Part shown: piece by piece, positions 36,104 to 46,836 of the stretch
Numbering within the stretch: position 1 is the first letter of the stretch
How the letters are laid out: every line of letters begins with the position of its first letter
Assembly (NCBI GenBank): GCA_963663165.1
Contig: OY760175.1
Location: 5,888,001-5,952,000 of the forward strand
From: an uncultured Desulfospira sp.
GTDB lineage: Bacteria; Desulfobacterota; Desulfobacteria; Desulfobacterales; Desulfobacteraceae
Direction of reading: 5' to 3'
Length of the DNA: 64,000 nucleotides
Made by a program: the position numbers and the translations under genes
The notes under the pieces: generated by a model
Database searches by the model: none
Told to the model about the DNA's origin: nothing
The model's input: only the letters and a program-made list of their open reading frames with translations

Positions 36104-37315
36104 ATGGATGTATTTGTAGCACGCCAGCCTGTTTTCACAGCCAAGAAGAAGATTTTTGGGTATGAACTTTTATTTCGCCTCGGTCTTGAGAACGCCTTTC
36201 CCGATATTGACGGGGATACGGCAACCTCAAGCGTTCTGGCCAATACCTTTTTTTCGTTTGATCTCCATGAGATTCTTGGCGGGAAACCCGGCCTGGTCAA
36301 TTTCACCCGGAAACTGATCCTTGAAAAAATCCCTTTGATCTTCCCCAATGATCATATCATTATTGAGGTTTTAGAAAACATTGAACCGGAACCTGAAATT
36401 ATAGAGGCCTTAGAAGAATTTAAAAAGAGCGGGTTTCGGATTGCCCTGGATGATTTTGTTTACCAAGAAAAATTCAGGCCCATGATGGCCCTTTGCAACA
36501 TGATCAAATTTGATCTGATGGCCACGCCTTTAGACACCTTGGGGCCGCTGGTAGAGGAACTGAAAGCCAACACCAAGATCGTTCTTCTGGCAGAGAAGGT
36601 GGAAACCTACGAAGAGTTTGAACAGGCAAAGGAAATGGGCTTTACGCTCTTTCAGGGATATTTTTTCTCCAAACCGGAGATTTTGTCCAAAAAAGAAATT
36701 CCGCCCTCCCAGGCCACCAAACTCAAGCTGATCAATGAAGTCAGCCGGAAAGAACCTGAACTGGCGGTTGTAGAGGATCTGATTAAAAATGACGTGTCCG
36801 TTTCCTTTAAACTGCTCAAGTTCATGAATTCGGCCTATTTTCAAAGGGCCAATGCCATTGATACCATCAAAGATGCCCTGGTGGTCTTGGGGGTCGAAGA
36901 ACTGAAAAATTTTGTCAGTGTGGTGGTGGTATCGGATTTAAGCGAAAACAAGCCCGACGAACTGATCCGTTCTTCGGTGATCCAGGCCCGGATGTGCGAA
37001 CTTGTGGGGACCCATATGAAGACCGGGTTTACCAATGACGAACTGTTCACCATCGGCTTGTTTTCAACCATGGATGCCATCCTGGACCTTCCCATGGAGA
37101 CCATTTTAGAAGAGATCAGCCTGTCTGATAAAATCAAAAGTGCCCTGCTCGGCAAGAACAGCCAGTTTACACGGATTCATACCCTGGTGACCAGTTTCCA
37201 GAGAGGGGACTGGGAAAACCGGTTGTATAAGGTGCTTAAAGGGCAGAAAGTGATCGACAAGCTTCCGGAATTTTACCTGGATGCCGTTAAAATGGCCAAT
37301 TCGTTTTTTGAATAG
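36104..37315 (+). CDS. EAL + HDOD domain protein (YuxH-like)
   Basis: VARQP, GYELLFR, IALDDF, LAEKVET, FQGYFF; HDOD C-terminus. Confidence 0.9.
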   Translation: MDVFVARQPVFTAKKKIFGYELLFRLGLENAFPDIDGDTATSSVLANTFFSFDLHEILGGKPGLVNFTRKLILEKIPLIFPNDHIIIEVLENIEPEPEIIEALEEFKKSGFRIALDDFVYQEKFRPMMALCNMIKFDLMATPLDTLGPLVEELKANTKIVLLAEKVETYEEFEQAKEMGFTLFQGYFFSKPEILSKKEIPPSQATKLKLINEVSRKEPELAVVEDLIKNDVSVSFKLLKFMNSAYFQRANAIDTIKDALVVLGVEELKNFVSVVVVSDLSENKPDELIRSSVIQARMCELVGTHMKTGFTNDELFTIGLFSTMDAILDLPMETILEEISLSDKIKSALLGKNSQFTRIHTLVTSFQRGDWENRLYKVLKGQKVIDKLPEFYLDAVKMANSFFE

Positions 37316-37369
37316 CCGGCCGATAGCTTCCTTAACCTTAAAACTTTATGGTGTAAGACAAAAGGGTGC

Positions 37370-38092
37370 TTACAATAATCCTGTCGCAAATTTTTGAATA
37401 CAGGCCGGGTAAAGTTCCCACTCTTTAGCCAGCCCTTTTTGCTTAACGTCGTCTAAATCGTCGGTATCTTCGATTTCAAAGGCTTTCTGGCCGATGATGG
37501 GGCCGGTATCTTCGCCGTAATCGATAAAATGGACCGTACAGCCGCCGATTTTGCACCCGTACCGGAAGGTGTCGCCATACCCGTCGGTGCCGGGAAATGC
37601 GGGCAGCAGGGCCGGGTGGATGTTCATGATTTTGTACTGGCCTTTGACCGTGTTGATCCGGTCGATAAAATAGGGGGTCAGTACCCGCATGAATCCGGCC
37701 AGCACCAGCAGGTCTATCTCATGGGCCTGGATAAGGTCCAGCAGTTTTCTTTCGGCGATCACCCTGGATTTTAAAAAAAAATCAGCCCGGTCCACAGGCG
37801 CATCAGCGGATACCAGCCGCTGCTTTTCCCGAATTTCTGCCATGTTAAAATCAGCTGGCAGGTCTTTGTCGTTAATACCGGCCTTACAGTCCCGGATAAT
37901 TTGGGCATAGTCCACAACAAAGGTGTCAATGCCGGCATTTTTGGCCCGGTCAAGCCCCTTGACGCCGGGGGTGTCTGAACCGGTAAACAGAATCTGAGCG
38001 TCAATGTCTCCTGCCCTGCACGCATCAATGATGGCCTGAAGATTGGTTCCGCCCCCGGATATCAGGGTGCCCACCTTAATTTTTTTTGCCAT
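37370..38092 (-). CDS. purN: Phosphoribosylglycinamide formyltransferase
   Basis: ISGGGTNLQAI, LAGFMR, NIHPALLP, GCTVHF, DTGPII. Confidence 0.95.
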   Translation of the reverse strand: MAKKIKVGTLISGGGTNLQAIIDACRAGDIDAQILFTGSDTPGVKGLDRAKNAGIDTFVVDYAQIIRDCKAGINDKDLPADFNMAEIREKQRLVSADAPVDRADFFLKSRVIAERKLLDLIQAHEIDLLVLAGFMRVLTPYFIDRINTVKGQYKIMNIHPALLPAFPGTDGYGDTFRYGCKIGGCTVHFIDYGEDTGPIIGQKAFEIEDTDDLDDVKQKGLAKEWELYPACIQKFATGLL

Positions 38093-38109
38093 AAAAAACC
38101 TCCTTGATT

Positions 38110-38193
38110 TTAGCTGTTAGCATTTGGCTTTTAGCCCTCAGCTGACTGGGGTTGTCCAAAAAGCTAAGAGCTAACAGCTAATGGCTAACAGCT
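38110..38193. repeat. Heptamer (TAGCTGT/GCTAACA) repeat hairpin
   Basis: Contains AGCTAATGGCTAACAGCT, the reverse complement of part of 7791-7810. Confidence 0.7.
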
Positions 38194-38195
38194 GT

Positions 38196-38417
38196 TCATT
38201 GATTCCCATACCCGTTCTGGGCGCCGCAGTCCGGGCACTGCCAGGTAATCCCGTTGCAGGTCATGCCCCACTGGTTTTCGTACATGCAGGTCTGGCAGAT
38301 GGAAAATCCGCACCGGCACTGCCAGCAGAACATGAACTGGCCGCCGCAGCAGTCACAATCCCTGCGTCGTTGTTGCCGTTTTTTTCTCTTTGCCTTCCCG
38401 GCTGGTTGGTTTGTCAT
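38196..38417 (-). CDS. Small Cys-rich putative zinc-binding protein
   Basis: 11 Cys in ~45 aa with CxxC pairs; basic N-terminus. Confidence 0.7.
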   Translation of the reverse strand: MTNQPAGKAKRKKRQQRRRDCDCCGGQFMFCWQCRCGFSICQTCMYENQWGMTCNGITWQCPDCGAQNGYGNQ

Positions 38418-38493
38418 CTTGAATCTACCATTTTACTTAAAAAGATAGTATATATCCTTAAATTTGAAGAAAATTCAACCTGGAAACGAATTT

Positions 38494-41187
38494 ATGGCAA
38501 ATTTTAAAAAAATTTTTTTGATTGACGGCAGCGCGTTTTTATACCGGGCATTTCATGCCATCCGGAACCTGTCCACCTCTAAGGGGCATCCCACCAACGC
38601 CACGTTTGGCTTTACCCGCATCCTTTTAAAAATGCTAAGGGATAATGAACCGGAGTATGCGGTGCTGCTCTTTGATGCCAAAGGCCCGAACTTCCGCCAT
38701 GAAATGTATAAAGAATATAAGGCCCAGAGGCCTCCCATGCCTGAGGAACTGGCTGCCCAGATTCCGGATATCCGGCGGGTATCGGCGGCCCTGAACATTC
38801 CGGTGGTGGATAAACCAGGCTTCGAGGCTGATGACCTTGTGGGAACCTTTTCCCGCCTGGCCCAGGCCCAGGAGTTTGAGGTGGTCATGGTCACGGGGGA
38901 TAAGGATTTCATCCAGCTGGTTTCCGAAAAATGCAGCCTCTGGGACCCCATGAAAGACACCCGTACCGCATATGAGGATGTCAAAACTGACATGGGCATT
39001 GAGCCCCAACAGTTTATTGATGTGCTAGGCCTGGCCGGAGACACTTCGGACAACATCCCCGGGGTAAAGGGGGTGGGTCCGAAAACCGCCATAAAGCTGA
39101 TTGCTGAATTCGGTTCCATTGAAAATATTTATGAAAATTTAGAACAATTTGCCAAAAAAAAGAAACTTTACGAAAATTTAGCGGAATTTAAAGAACAGGC
39201 CTTTTTAAGCCGGGATCTGGCCACCATTGACTGCCAGGTGCCGGTCAGTGAAACCCTGGAAGATTTCAGGCTCAAACCCTTTGATAAAAAACAGGCCTTT
39301 GAAATTTTCAACGAACTTGAATTCAAAACCCTGGCATCGGAATTTGCCCATACCGCAGATAAGTCTGAAAAAAATTATAAACTGATCACCACGGTCCGGG
39401 ACATGGAAAAATTGGCCCAGGTCCTGAAAAACAAAAAGCGGTTTGCCGTTGATACGGAAACCACGTCCAAAAATCCCATGGAAGCGGACCTGGTGGGAAT
39501 TTCCTTTTCATACATGGAAAACAACGCCTTTTATATTCCCGTGGGACATGTTCAGGCGGATGATGACCCGGGAAAGATAGAACAGCCGGAAAAAGAAGAC
39601 ATTCTAAGGATTTTCAAGCCCATTCTTGAAGACCCGGGCCTTTTGAAGATCGGGCAGAATATCAAGTACGACTACATGGTGCTTTCCCGGTACGGCATCA
39701 CCATGAAGGGGATCTTTTTTGACACCATGATCGCCTCATACCTGCTCAACCCCTCCACCCGGGGGCACAGCCTGGACCAGATCGCCATGACCCTTTTCGG
39801 GTATAAGATGATTTCCTATGAGGAGGTGGCCGGCAAAGGCAAGGACCAGATCTGTTTTTCAAAGGTCCCCCTGGAAACGGCGGCGGAGTACGCCGCCGAG
39901 GACGCGGACATGACCTTTATGGCCTATGGGCAGTTGTCCGCGCAGATCCATGAAAAAGAGCTTGAGGACCTGTTCAACCGGATTGAAATCCCATTAATAC
40001 CGGTGCTGGGCGACATGGAGATGAGCGGGATAAAGGTTGACCGGGAGAATCTGGCCGTTCTGTCCACGACCTTTACCCAGGAACTTGCCGATCTGGAAAA
40101 ACAAATATACGAGCTTGCCGGAGAAGAGTTTAATATCAATTCTTCCCAGCAGCTGGGCACCATTCTGTTTGAAAAACTCGGGCTCAAGGCCGTGAAAAAG
40201 ACCCGGAAAAGAACCGGATACTCCACGGATGTCCAGGTCCTCACCACCCTGGCCAAGAGCCATGAGCTGCCAGAAAGGCTGCTGCGGTACCGGACCATCG
40301 GCAAGCTGTTGTCCACCTATGTCAACGCCCTTCAAAAGCTGATTCATCCTGAAACCGGGCGGATCCACACCTCGTTCAACCAGACCATCACGGTGACCGG
40401 AAGGCTCTCAAGCTCCAATCCCAACCTTCAGAATATCCCGGTCAGAAAACTTGAGGGCAAGAAAATCAGGAAAACCTTTATTCCTGAAGAGGGCCATACC
40501 CTGGTTTCGGCGGATTATTCCCAGATTGAGCTGCGCATCCTGGCCCATTGTGCCGATGATGCCATTTTAATCGAATCCTTTAACGAAGATGAAGATATCC
40601 ATGCCCGGACGGCCCGGGAGGTTTTTGAGGTTTTCCCCGAGTTTGTTACCGCGGATCTGCGCAACCAGGCCAAGGCCATTAATTTTGGGATTATCTATGG
40701 CATGGGGGCCTTTAAGCTGTCCAGCGAGCTGAACATCAGCCGAAAAATGGCCCAGACTTACATTGACAATTATTTTAAGCGGTACGCCGGGGTAAAGAAT
40801 TTTATCGACACCACCATTGCCCGGACCAAAGAGACCTGCGAGGTCACCACCATTTTCGGCCGGCGGCGGCGCCTGGACGATATCCGCTCATCCAACGCCA
40901 ACTTAAGAAACTTTGCCCAGCGGGCCGCTATCAATACCCCCATCCAGGGCAGTGCCGCCGATTTAATCAAGCTGGCCATGATCAAAATGGACCGGGCCCT
41001 TAAGGACCGGGGGCTCAAGTCAAGAATGCTGCTCTCGGTCCATGATGAAATCATCTTTGAGACCCCCGTGGATGAAAAAGAGGCTCTGGTAGATCTGGCA
41101 AGGGATGTGATGGAAAATGTCCATCCCCTGAAAGTCCCCTTAAAGGTGAACTTCGGATTCGGCGGCAACTGGGCCGAGGCCCATTAA
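38494..41187 (+). CDS. polA: DNA polymerase I
   Basis: LIDGS..YRAF 5'-3' exonuclease, VDTET 3'-5' exonuclease, TGRLSSSNPNLQNIP, ADYSQIELR, VHDE. Confidence 0.98.
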   Translation: MANFKKIFLIDGSAFLYRAFHAIRNLSTSKGHPTNATFGFTRILLKMLRDNEPEYAVLLFDAKGPNFRHEMYKEYKAQRPPMPEELAAQIPDIRRVSAALNIPVVDKPGFEADDLVGTFSRLAQAQEFEVVMVTGDKDFIQLVSEKCSLWDPMKDTRTAYEDVKTDMGIEPQQFIDVLGLAGDTSDNIPGVKGVGPKTAIKLIAEFGSIENIYENLEQFAKKKKLYENLAEFKEQAFLSRDLATIDCQVPVSETLEDFRLKPFDKKQAFEIFNELEFKTLASEFAHTADKSEKNYKLITTVRDMEKLAQVLKNKKRFAVDTETTSKNPMEADLVGISFSYMENNAFYIPVGHVQADDDPGKIEQPEKEDILRIFKPILEDPGLLKIGQNIKYDYMVLSRYGITMKGIFFDTMIASYLLNPSTRGHSLDQIAMTLFGYKMISYEEVAGKGKDQICFSKVPLETAAEYAAEDADMTFMAYGQLSAQIHEKELEDLFNRIEIPLIPVLGDMEMSGIKVDRENLAVLSTTFTQELADLEKQIYELAGEEFNINSSQQLGTILFEKLGLKAVKKTRKRTGYSTDVQVLTTLAKSHELPERLLRYRTIGKLLSTYVNALQKLIHPETGRIHTSFNQTITVTGRLSSSNPNLQNIPVRKLEGKKIRKTFIPEEGHTLVSADYSQIELRILAHCADDAILIESFNEDEDIHARTAREVFEVFPEFVTADLRNQAKAINFGIIYGMGAFKLSSELNISRKMAQTYIDNYFKRYAGVKNFIDTTIARTKETCEVTTIFGRRRRLDDIRSSNANLRNFAQRAAINTPIQGSAADLIKLAMIKMDRALKDRGLKSRMLLSVHDEIIFETPVDEKEALVDLARDVMENVHPLKVPLKVNFGFGGNWAEAH

Positions 41188-41204
41188 GCCTGGGGGATAA
41201 AAAA

Positions 41205-42035
41205 ATGGATATCACACAAAAGCGGATCGGCATTGTTATTAAAACTGAAGATGATGCCCAGGAAAAGGCCCGGGAACTGGTGTGCCGTCTCGGGCAAAGA
41301 TGCGTGGTCATCGACACCCTGTCGCAAAAGGCGATCCCCGAAGATCTGATCTGCCTCATGGTGCTGGGCGGTGACGGAACCTTTTTGAGCGTGGCCCGGT
41401 TTGTGGGCAAGCGGGACATTCCCCTGATGGGGATCAAGTTTGGCGAGGTGGGGTTTCTGGCCGAAACTACTGAAGACCATATTTATGAGGCCGTGGCGTC
41501 GATTTTTTCCGGGGATTATATTATCCAGGAGCGGACCCGCTTAGAGATTGAGGTGGTCCGGAAAGGAAGTCAGATTGTAAAGGGCGATGTCCTCAACGAT
41601 GCCGTGATCAACAAGGCGGCCCTGTCGCGGCTTGCCTCCTGTGCGGTTTATCTGGACGGCACCTACCTGACCACGTTCAGGGCCGATGGCCTGATCGTGG
41701 CCACCCCCACCGGGTCAACCGCCTATTCCCTGGCCGCCGGGGGCCCGGTGGTCCACCCGTCGGTCCCTTCCATTATCCTGACCCCCATCTGCCCCTTTAC
41801 CCTGACCAACCGCCCATTGCTGATTCCCGATTCCACTGATATTGAAATCCGGCTCGAGGGCAGCCCTGAAGACATGATCCTGACCCTGGACGGCCAGGAA
41901 GGGTTTAACATGGACCCCGGGGATACCATCTATATCAAGAAGAGTCCGCATCTGGTCCGGATGATTTCTTTTGAGAACCAGTCGTATTTTAAAGTATTGA
42001 AAACCCGGTTACATTGGAGCGGCGGCCGCAGCTGA
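41205..42035 (+). CDS. nadK: NAD kinase
   Basis: LGGDGTFL, VLND, DGLIVATPTGSTAYSLAAGGP. Confidence 0.95.
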   Translation: MDITQKRIGIVIKTEDDAQEKARELVCRLGQRCVVIDTLSQKAIPEDLICLMVLGGDGTFLSVARFVGKRDIPLMGIKFGEVGFLAETTEDHIYEAVASIFSGDYIIQERTRLEIEVVRKGSQIVKGDVLNDAVINKAALSRLASCAVYLDGTYLTTFRADGLIVATPTGSTAYSLAAGGPVVHPSVPSIILTPICPFTLTNRPLLIPDSTDIEIRLEGSPEDMILTLDGQEGFNMDPGDTIYIKKSPHLVRMISFENQSYFKVLKTRLHWSGGRS

Positions 42036-42152
42036 ATCTGCCTCCAGAAAACTCACATAAAGGCACAAAGTTTAAATTCTCTTTAGACTTCAGACGTTAG
42101 GCTTGTGCTGACCTTAGCATTCTCAAGTCTCAAGTCCCCCCATTTATCCGGT

Positions 42153-42258
42153 TCGACAAAATTGTCGAGAAATGGCGCCGAATGTCGAATTGCATCACAT
42201 CGAAATTGATTTAATATATTGATATTTAAGTGTATTTTATGTTGGCACACTCTTTGAT
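42153..42258 (+). promoter_or_regulatory. sigma54 promoter with upstream enhancer dyad and IHF site
   Basis: TCGACAAAATTGTCGA dyad (42153-42168), IHF-like TATCAA-N4-TTA on minus strand (42212-42224), TGGCAC-N5-TTGA (42243-42257). Confidence 0.7.
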
Positions 42259-42326
42259 TTAAATCATGGTGTCTGTTGTTGGTTTTGGACTGTTTTGTGA
42301 ACGAATGTTTAAATCAGGAGGCAAAA

Positions 42327-43271
42327 ATGAACATCACTCGTAAACTCATTAACACTGGCATCAGCCTGGCATTAACCGGTCTGCTGGTGCTCCCCTTGAC
42401 CGCCGCAGCCGGTAACGGCAAAGCAAATGGCAGCGGCAAAGCAAACAGCGGTCAATGTACTGCCGGCATTATCACCCTTCCCGCAGGGGAACTTTCTGAA
42501 CAGGAAACCGCCACCCTGCTTCATATGAGAGAGGAGGAAAAACTGGCCAGGGATGTGTATCTGGAACTTTATGAACAATGGGGCCTGGGGATATTCGCCA
42601 ATATCGCCCGCAGTGAACAGCGCCACATGGACACCCTGAAAATCCTCATTGACAAGTACGGATTGACAGACCCTGTTGCAGATAATGCACCGGGGGTATT
42701 TACGGATTCAGACCTTAAGGTGCTTTATGAAGAGTTTATTGCCGACGGCCAGGTGTCTTTAGTGGAGGCCCTGACCGTGGGGGCGACCATTGAAGACCTT
42801 GATATTTCTGATCTCCAGGCCGCTTTGGCACAATCCGATGATGAGGATGTGAGGACAGCTTACCAGAACCTGATGAAAGGCTCCCGCAACCACTTGCGGG
42901 CCTTTGTCTACCAGCTGGATCGCAATGGTGCCGGATATACCCCTGAGTATATCAGCGTTGAAACCTATGAATCGATTATTTCCTCTCCCAAAGAAAGGGG
43001 ATACGTCAATGAGGCCGGCGAACCGGTGGTGGGATCCGGGGGCAGCCGGAAAGGGTCAGGCTGCCCGGGAAGATGCCCCTTTTTAAGTTCCGGGGCTTCA
43101 ACGGATGACAATGGCCTGCTGCTGTCCCGGGGCGGTAATGGCAGGGGTGGCGGTAAAGGCGGTGGCAAGGGCGGCGGCCGTGGGCCTGGGGATGGTACCG
43201 GCAACGGCGGGAACGGCCCCAAAGACGGCAGCGGGAATGGCAAGAAAACCGGCACTTGCATCTATTCCTGA
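42327..43271 (+). CDS. Exported DUF2202 (ferritin-like) protein with Gly-rich tail
   Basis: MREEEKLARDVY, IARSEQRH, IEDLDI, GSRNHLRAF; start MNITRK after AGGAGG. Confidence 0.85.
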   Translation: MNITRKLINTGISLALTGLLVLPLTAAAGNGKANGSGKANSGQCTAGIITLPAGELSEQETATLLHMREEEKLARDVYLELYEQWGLGIFANIARSEQRHMDTLKILIDKYGLTDPVADNAPGVFTDSDLKVLYEEFIADGQVSLVEALTVGATIEDLDISDLQAALAQSDDEDVRTAYQNLMKGSRNHLRAFVYQLDRNGAGYTPEYISVETYESIISSPKERGYVNEAGEPVVGSGGSRKGSGCPGRCPFLSSGASTDDNGLLLSRGGNGRGGGKGGGKGGGRGPGDGTGNGGNGPKDGSGNGKKTGTCIYS

Positions 43272-43374
43272 GTCCCTGATAAGATATGAACGGTCCCTGT
43301 CCTTTTAACAGCGGTTTTTCCACCAGGGCAGGGAACCCTCACTGTTGGTTTTTTAGGGGGGCACCGGGGTTGTA

Positions 43375-43770
43375 ATGCGTTGTTTTCTTATCATAATAAC
43401 AGCTGTCTGGGGGGCATTGCTTTGGGCTGGGACGCCAGCGGCTTTGGCCCAGGATGTCCTGACAGTTCAGGTGGTTTCCCTGGACCCGGATCAGGGGGTC
43501 ATGATTGTTGAGCCGGTCGGTTCCGGCAGCACCCCTGACAGCATAACGGTTTATTACGCTCTGGAACAGGCGCCTCCAAGACTTTCCCAGGGGGATGTGA
43601 TCCGCATGAAAGGCACCTGGTCACCGGATAACAGCGGCCAGTTTACGGCATTTCATATCGGATACGGAAAAAACAACCAAGATCCTACCGGTGTCCGCTC
43701 CCGTATTGGAAAGTGCCGGGGGCAGGGTCGCGGGGGCGGCAAAGGCCAGGGAAAATCATGGGGGAAATGA
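43375..43770 (+). CDS. Exported hypothetical protein (OB-fold-like, Gly-rich end)
   Basis: Signal peptide; LSQGDVIRMKG; DPTGVRSRI; ATGA overlap with the kinase gene. Confidence 0.65.
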   Translation: MRCFLIIITAVWGALLWAGTPAALAQDVLTVQVVSLDPDQGVMIVEPVGSGSTPDSITVYYALEQAPPRLSQGDVIRMKGTWSPDNSGQFTAFHIGYGKNNQDPTGVRSRIGKCRGQGRGGGKGQGKSWGK

Positions 43771-45341
43771 ACGCTTGCACCGGGCTGCCGGAACGGTTTT
43801 CTTCGGGCTGGAAAGGCAATGCCGCCATTGTCAGTTTTCTGGTGCTGATCATGGCCGGGTATTATTACTGGCAGCTTCAGGCCGCCGAGCGCGCCTTTAC
43901 CTCGCATATGAAAGAACACGCCCGGATGGTGGCCGGTGTGATCGGGCTGAATGCCGAACGGGCGCTGCTCTCCCGGGAAATCATTGAACAGGTCATGGAA
44001 ACTTTTTTGGGCAATGCCGCCCGGTTTGTGGCCTATCTGGACAATATCGAACCCTTCACCCATGAGGAGCTTTCGGCGTTTGCCTCCGAGTCCGGTTTAA
44101 GCGGCATCCGGATTGTTCGAAAGGGCAGGGATGTCCAGGGACCGGCTGACTGGCTTCCGGCCGGGGCAGCCACCTGCTCCAAAGAACGGATCTGCCATCT
44201 TCCCCTGGCCGGGCTGTATGTGTTCTTCTGGCCCCAACCCAATGGAACCGGGTTTATCCAGCTGGGGATTTCTGACACCCGGATCCTTGAAATGGGGAAA
44301 CGGGTAGGCCTGGAAACACTGCTGGGGCGTCTTCGCGGTCTTGGGGGCATCCAATTTATCCGCCTTGTGCCCTCCCATGGGGCACATGCCAAAACCCCTG
44401 AACTGAAACTGACTGAGGATACGGCCGAGGTCTGCCTGGCCCTGGGTCGGGAAGACCTGGTGGTGGGCATGGCGGCCCGGCATTTCTTTGAGCGCCGGGC
44501 CCTGCTGAAACATGAATTCTTTATGTTTACCGGTGTGCTGCTAATCCTGGGGGCCTTATTTTCCTGGTTGCTTTTCCGTTATCAAAAAACTTTTTTGAAC
44601 CAGGTGCGGCAGTATGAGCGAAAACTGGCAAAGGAGCAGGAAGACGCTGCCCTGGGCCGGGCATCCGCTGCCATCACCCACGAGATCCGGAACCCGTTAA
44701 ATGCCATCAGCATGGGGCTTCAGCGCCTTCAAATTGAGGCCAATGACCTTTCAGGCGAACACCAGGAGCTTCTGGATACCCTGCTGGGAGCGGTCCGGCG
44801 CACCGACGGCATTATCCGGGAATTAAAGCGGTATGCCCATCCGGTAAGCCCCCGGCTCAGCCCGGTATCGTTGCCAAAGGTGCTGGACAAGATCCTAACC
44901 CTCTACCGCGCCCCCATGGAGGACGCCGGCATTACAGTTGATCTTCATGTGGATGATCCCGGGGTGGTTCAGGTCGATCCGGACCTGATCAGCGAGGTGA
45001 TTGAAAACCTGGTGAAGAATGCCGTGGAAGCCCAAGCCTCCGGCGGCGTGGTTTCCATTTATATTGACCGCCTGAACGTCCATGCACGGCTGGTGATGGA
45101 GAACGGCGGCTATCCGGGAAACCCGGAGGAAATTTTCGGTTTGACAGAGCCTTACGTCACCACCAAAACACGGGGCTCAGGTCTGGGGCTGGCCATTGTA
45201 TCCCGGATCGTCCAGGCCCATGGGGGGCGGCTTCAACTGTTTTCCCCTGAACCGGGGCGATTCCGGGTGTCAATTCTACTGCCGGTGGCAGGCCCTGAAG
45301 CCCATGCCCTTGAACCGATGGATAAAGGCGGCAGACTATGA
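43767..45341 (+). CDS. Sensor histidine kinase (NtrB/ZraS-like)
   Basis: Two TM; THEIRNPLNAI, NLVKNAVEA, TTKTRGSGLGL. Confidence 0.9.
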   Translation: MNACTGLPERFSSGWKGNAAIVSFLVLIMAGYYYWQLQAAERAFTSHMKEHARMVAGVIGLNAERALLSREIIEQVMETFLGNAARFVAYLDNIEPFTHEELSAFASESGLSGIRIVRKGRDVQGPADWLPAGAATCSKERICHLPLAGLYVFFWPQPNGTGFIQLGISDTRILEMGKRVGLETLLGRLRGLGGIQFIRLVPSHGAHAKTPELKLTEDTAEVCLALGREDLVVGMAARHFFERRALLKHEFFMFTGVLLILGALFSWLLFRYQKTFLNQVRQYERKLAKEQEDAALGRASAAITHEIRNPLNAISMGLQRLQIEANDLSGEHQELLDTLLGAVRRTDGIIRELKRYAHPVSPRLSPVSLPKVLDKILTLYRAPMEDAGITVDLHVDDPGVVQVDPDLISEVIENLVKNAVEAQASGGVVSIYIDRLNVHARLVMENGGYPGNPEEIFGLTEPYVTTKTRGSGLGLAIVSRIVQAHGGRLQLFSPEPGRFRVSILLPVAGPEAHALEPMDKGGRL

Positions 45342-46675
45342 AGATTTTGATTGTAGACGATGAGGCGGATCAGCGCGGACTGCTCAAAGGCTTTCTTGAA
45401 AAACAAGGATATGCGGTGACCGAAGCCGAATCCGGTTCAAAGGCCCTGGCCCGTTTCGGTGCCGAACCCTTTCAGCTGGTCCTGCTGGATCACCGGATGC
45501 CCGGAATGACCGGCGATGAACTGCTCCGCGAGATCAAGGCCTTAAATCCCCTGGTCCGGGCCATCATGATCACGGCATTTGGTTCAGTGGACACTGCCGT
45601 CAGTGTAATGAAGCTGGGGGCTGACGATTTTATTGAAAAGCCGGTGGACCTTAAACGCTTGCTTGCGCGAATACAGCGCATTGAACAGCAGGTGATCATT
45701 GAACAGGAGGCCGCCGATATTGCCCAATGCCTGGATAACAGCCCCCTGCCGCTTCCCATTATCGGGGACGGTCCGGCCATGAAAACAGTGCTGTCGCTTG
45801 TCCGGCGCATTGCCCCTACCGAATGGACGGCCCTGATCCACGGCGAAACCGGCTGCGGCAAAGAGCTCATCGCCCGGCTCATTCATCTTCTCAGCCCCCG
45901 GAAAAATCAGCCGTTTATTGAAGTCAACTGCGCGGCCATCCCGGAAAACCTGTTTGAATCAGAGTTGTTCGGCCATGAAAAGGGCTCGTTCACCGGGGCC
46001 TCCGGACAGCGGAAAGGCCGGTTTGAACTGGCGGACAAAGGGGTACTGTTCTTAGATGAAGTCGGCGAGCTTTCCATGGCGGTCCAGGCCAAGCTGCTGC
46101 GGGCCCTCCAGGAAAAGAAAATCCAGCGGGTGGGCGGTGACAAGCTGATTTCTGCCGACGTCCGGGTGCTGGCCGCCACCAATCGGGATTTAAAACAGAT
46201 GGTTCTGGAAAGACGGTTCAGGGAAGACCTGTATTACCGGATCAATGTGCTGGATATTGAACTGCCGCCCCTGCGCCGCCGGCGGGAGGATATCCCGGTG
46301 CTGGCCAGGTTTTTTATCCAGCGGTACAGCCCCCGGGAAATCTGGTTTGATGCCGATGCACTGGCTACCCTGGTGAAATATAATTTCCCTGGCAATGTCC
46401 GGGAGCTGGAGCATATGATCCAGCGGATGACCACCCTGGCCCGGGGACCGGTTCTTAAAACATCAGACCTGCCCCGGGAAGTGCGCTTTCATAAGGCCGC
46501 AGATACCGGGGGCAGCCTTTCAGAACGGCTGGATGCCGTTGAGCGGGAGATGGTGATAACTGCCCTGGAAAATCATGACGGGGTCCAGACCCAGGCCGCA
46601 GCATCCCTGGGCATCAGTGAACGGGTGCTGCGGTATAAAATGAAAAAACACGGGCTTCAAAAGTCCGGCAGATAA
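45338..46675 (+). CDS. sigma54-dependent response regulator (NtrC/ZraR-like)
   Basis: [33 protein letters not shown], Fis-type HTH. Confidence 0.95.
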   Translation: MKILIVDDEADQRGLLKGFLEKQGYAVTEAESGSKALARFGAEPFQLVLLDHRMPGMTGDELLREIKALNPLVRAIMITAFGSVDTAVSVMKLGADDFIEKPVDLKRLLARIQRIEQQVIIEQEAADIAQCLDNSPLPLPIIGDGPAMKTVLSLVRRIAPTEWTALIHGETGCGKELIARLIHLLSPRKNQPFIEVNCAAIPENLFESELFGHEKGSFTGASGQRKGRFELADKGVLFLDEVGELSMAVQAKLLRALQEKKIQRVGGDKLISADVRVLAATNRDLKQMVLERRFREDLYYRINVLDIELPPLRRRREDIPVLARFFIQRYSPREIWFDADALATLVKYNFPGNVRELEHMIQRMTTLARGPVLKTSDLPREVRFHKAADTGGSLSERLDAVEREMVITALENHDGVQTQAAASLGISERVLRYKMKKHGLQKSGR

Positions 46676-46836
46676 GTGTTCCCGTGTTTTTTTCTCTACA
46701 GTTCACGGGAATCCCGCCAGGACAGTTTCGTTTTTTTATCTTGAACGGCGATTGGAAACTCATTCCCCGCGTGAAAACACCTGTTTATTTTTCAATATAT
46801 TAAACCAATTCGTTTCCCCTGGGCCAGGCCTCTCCA

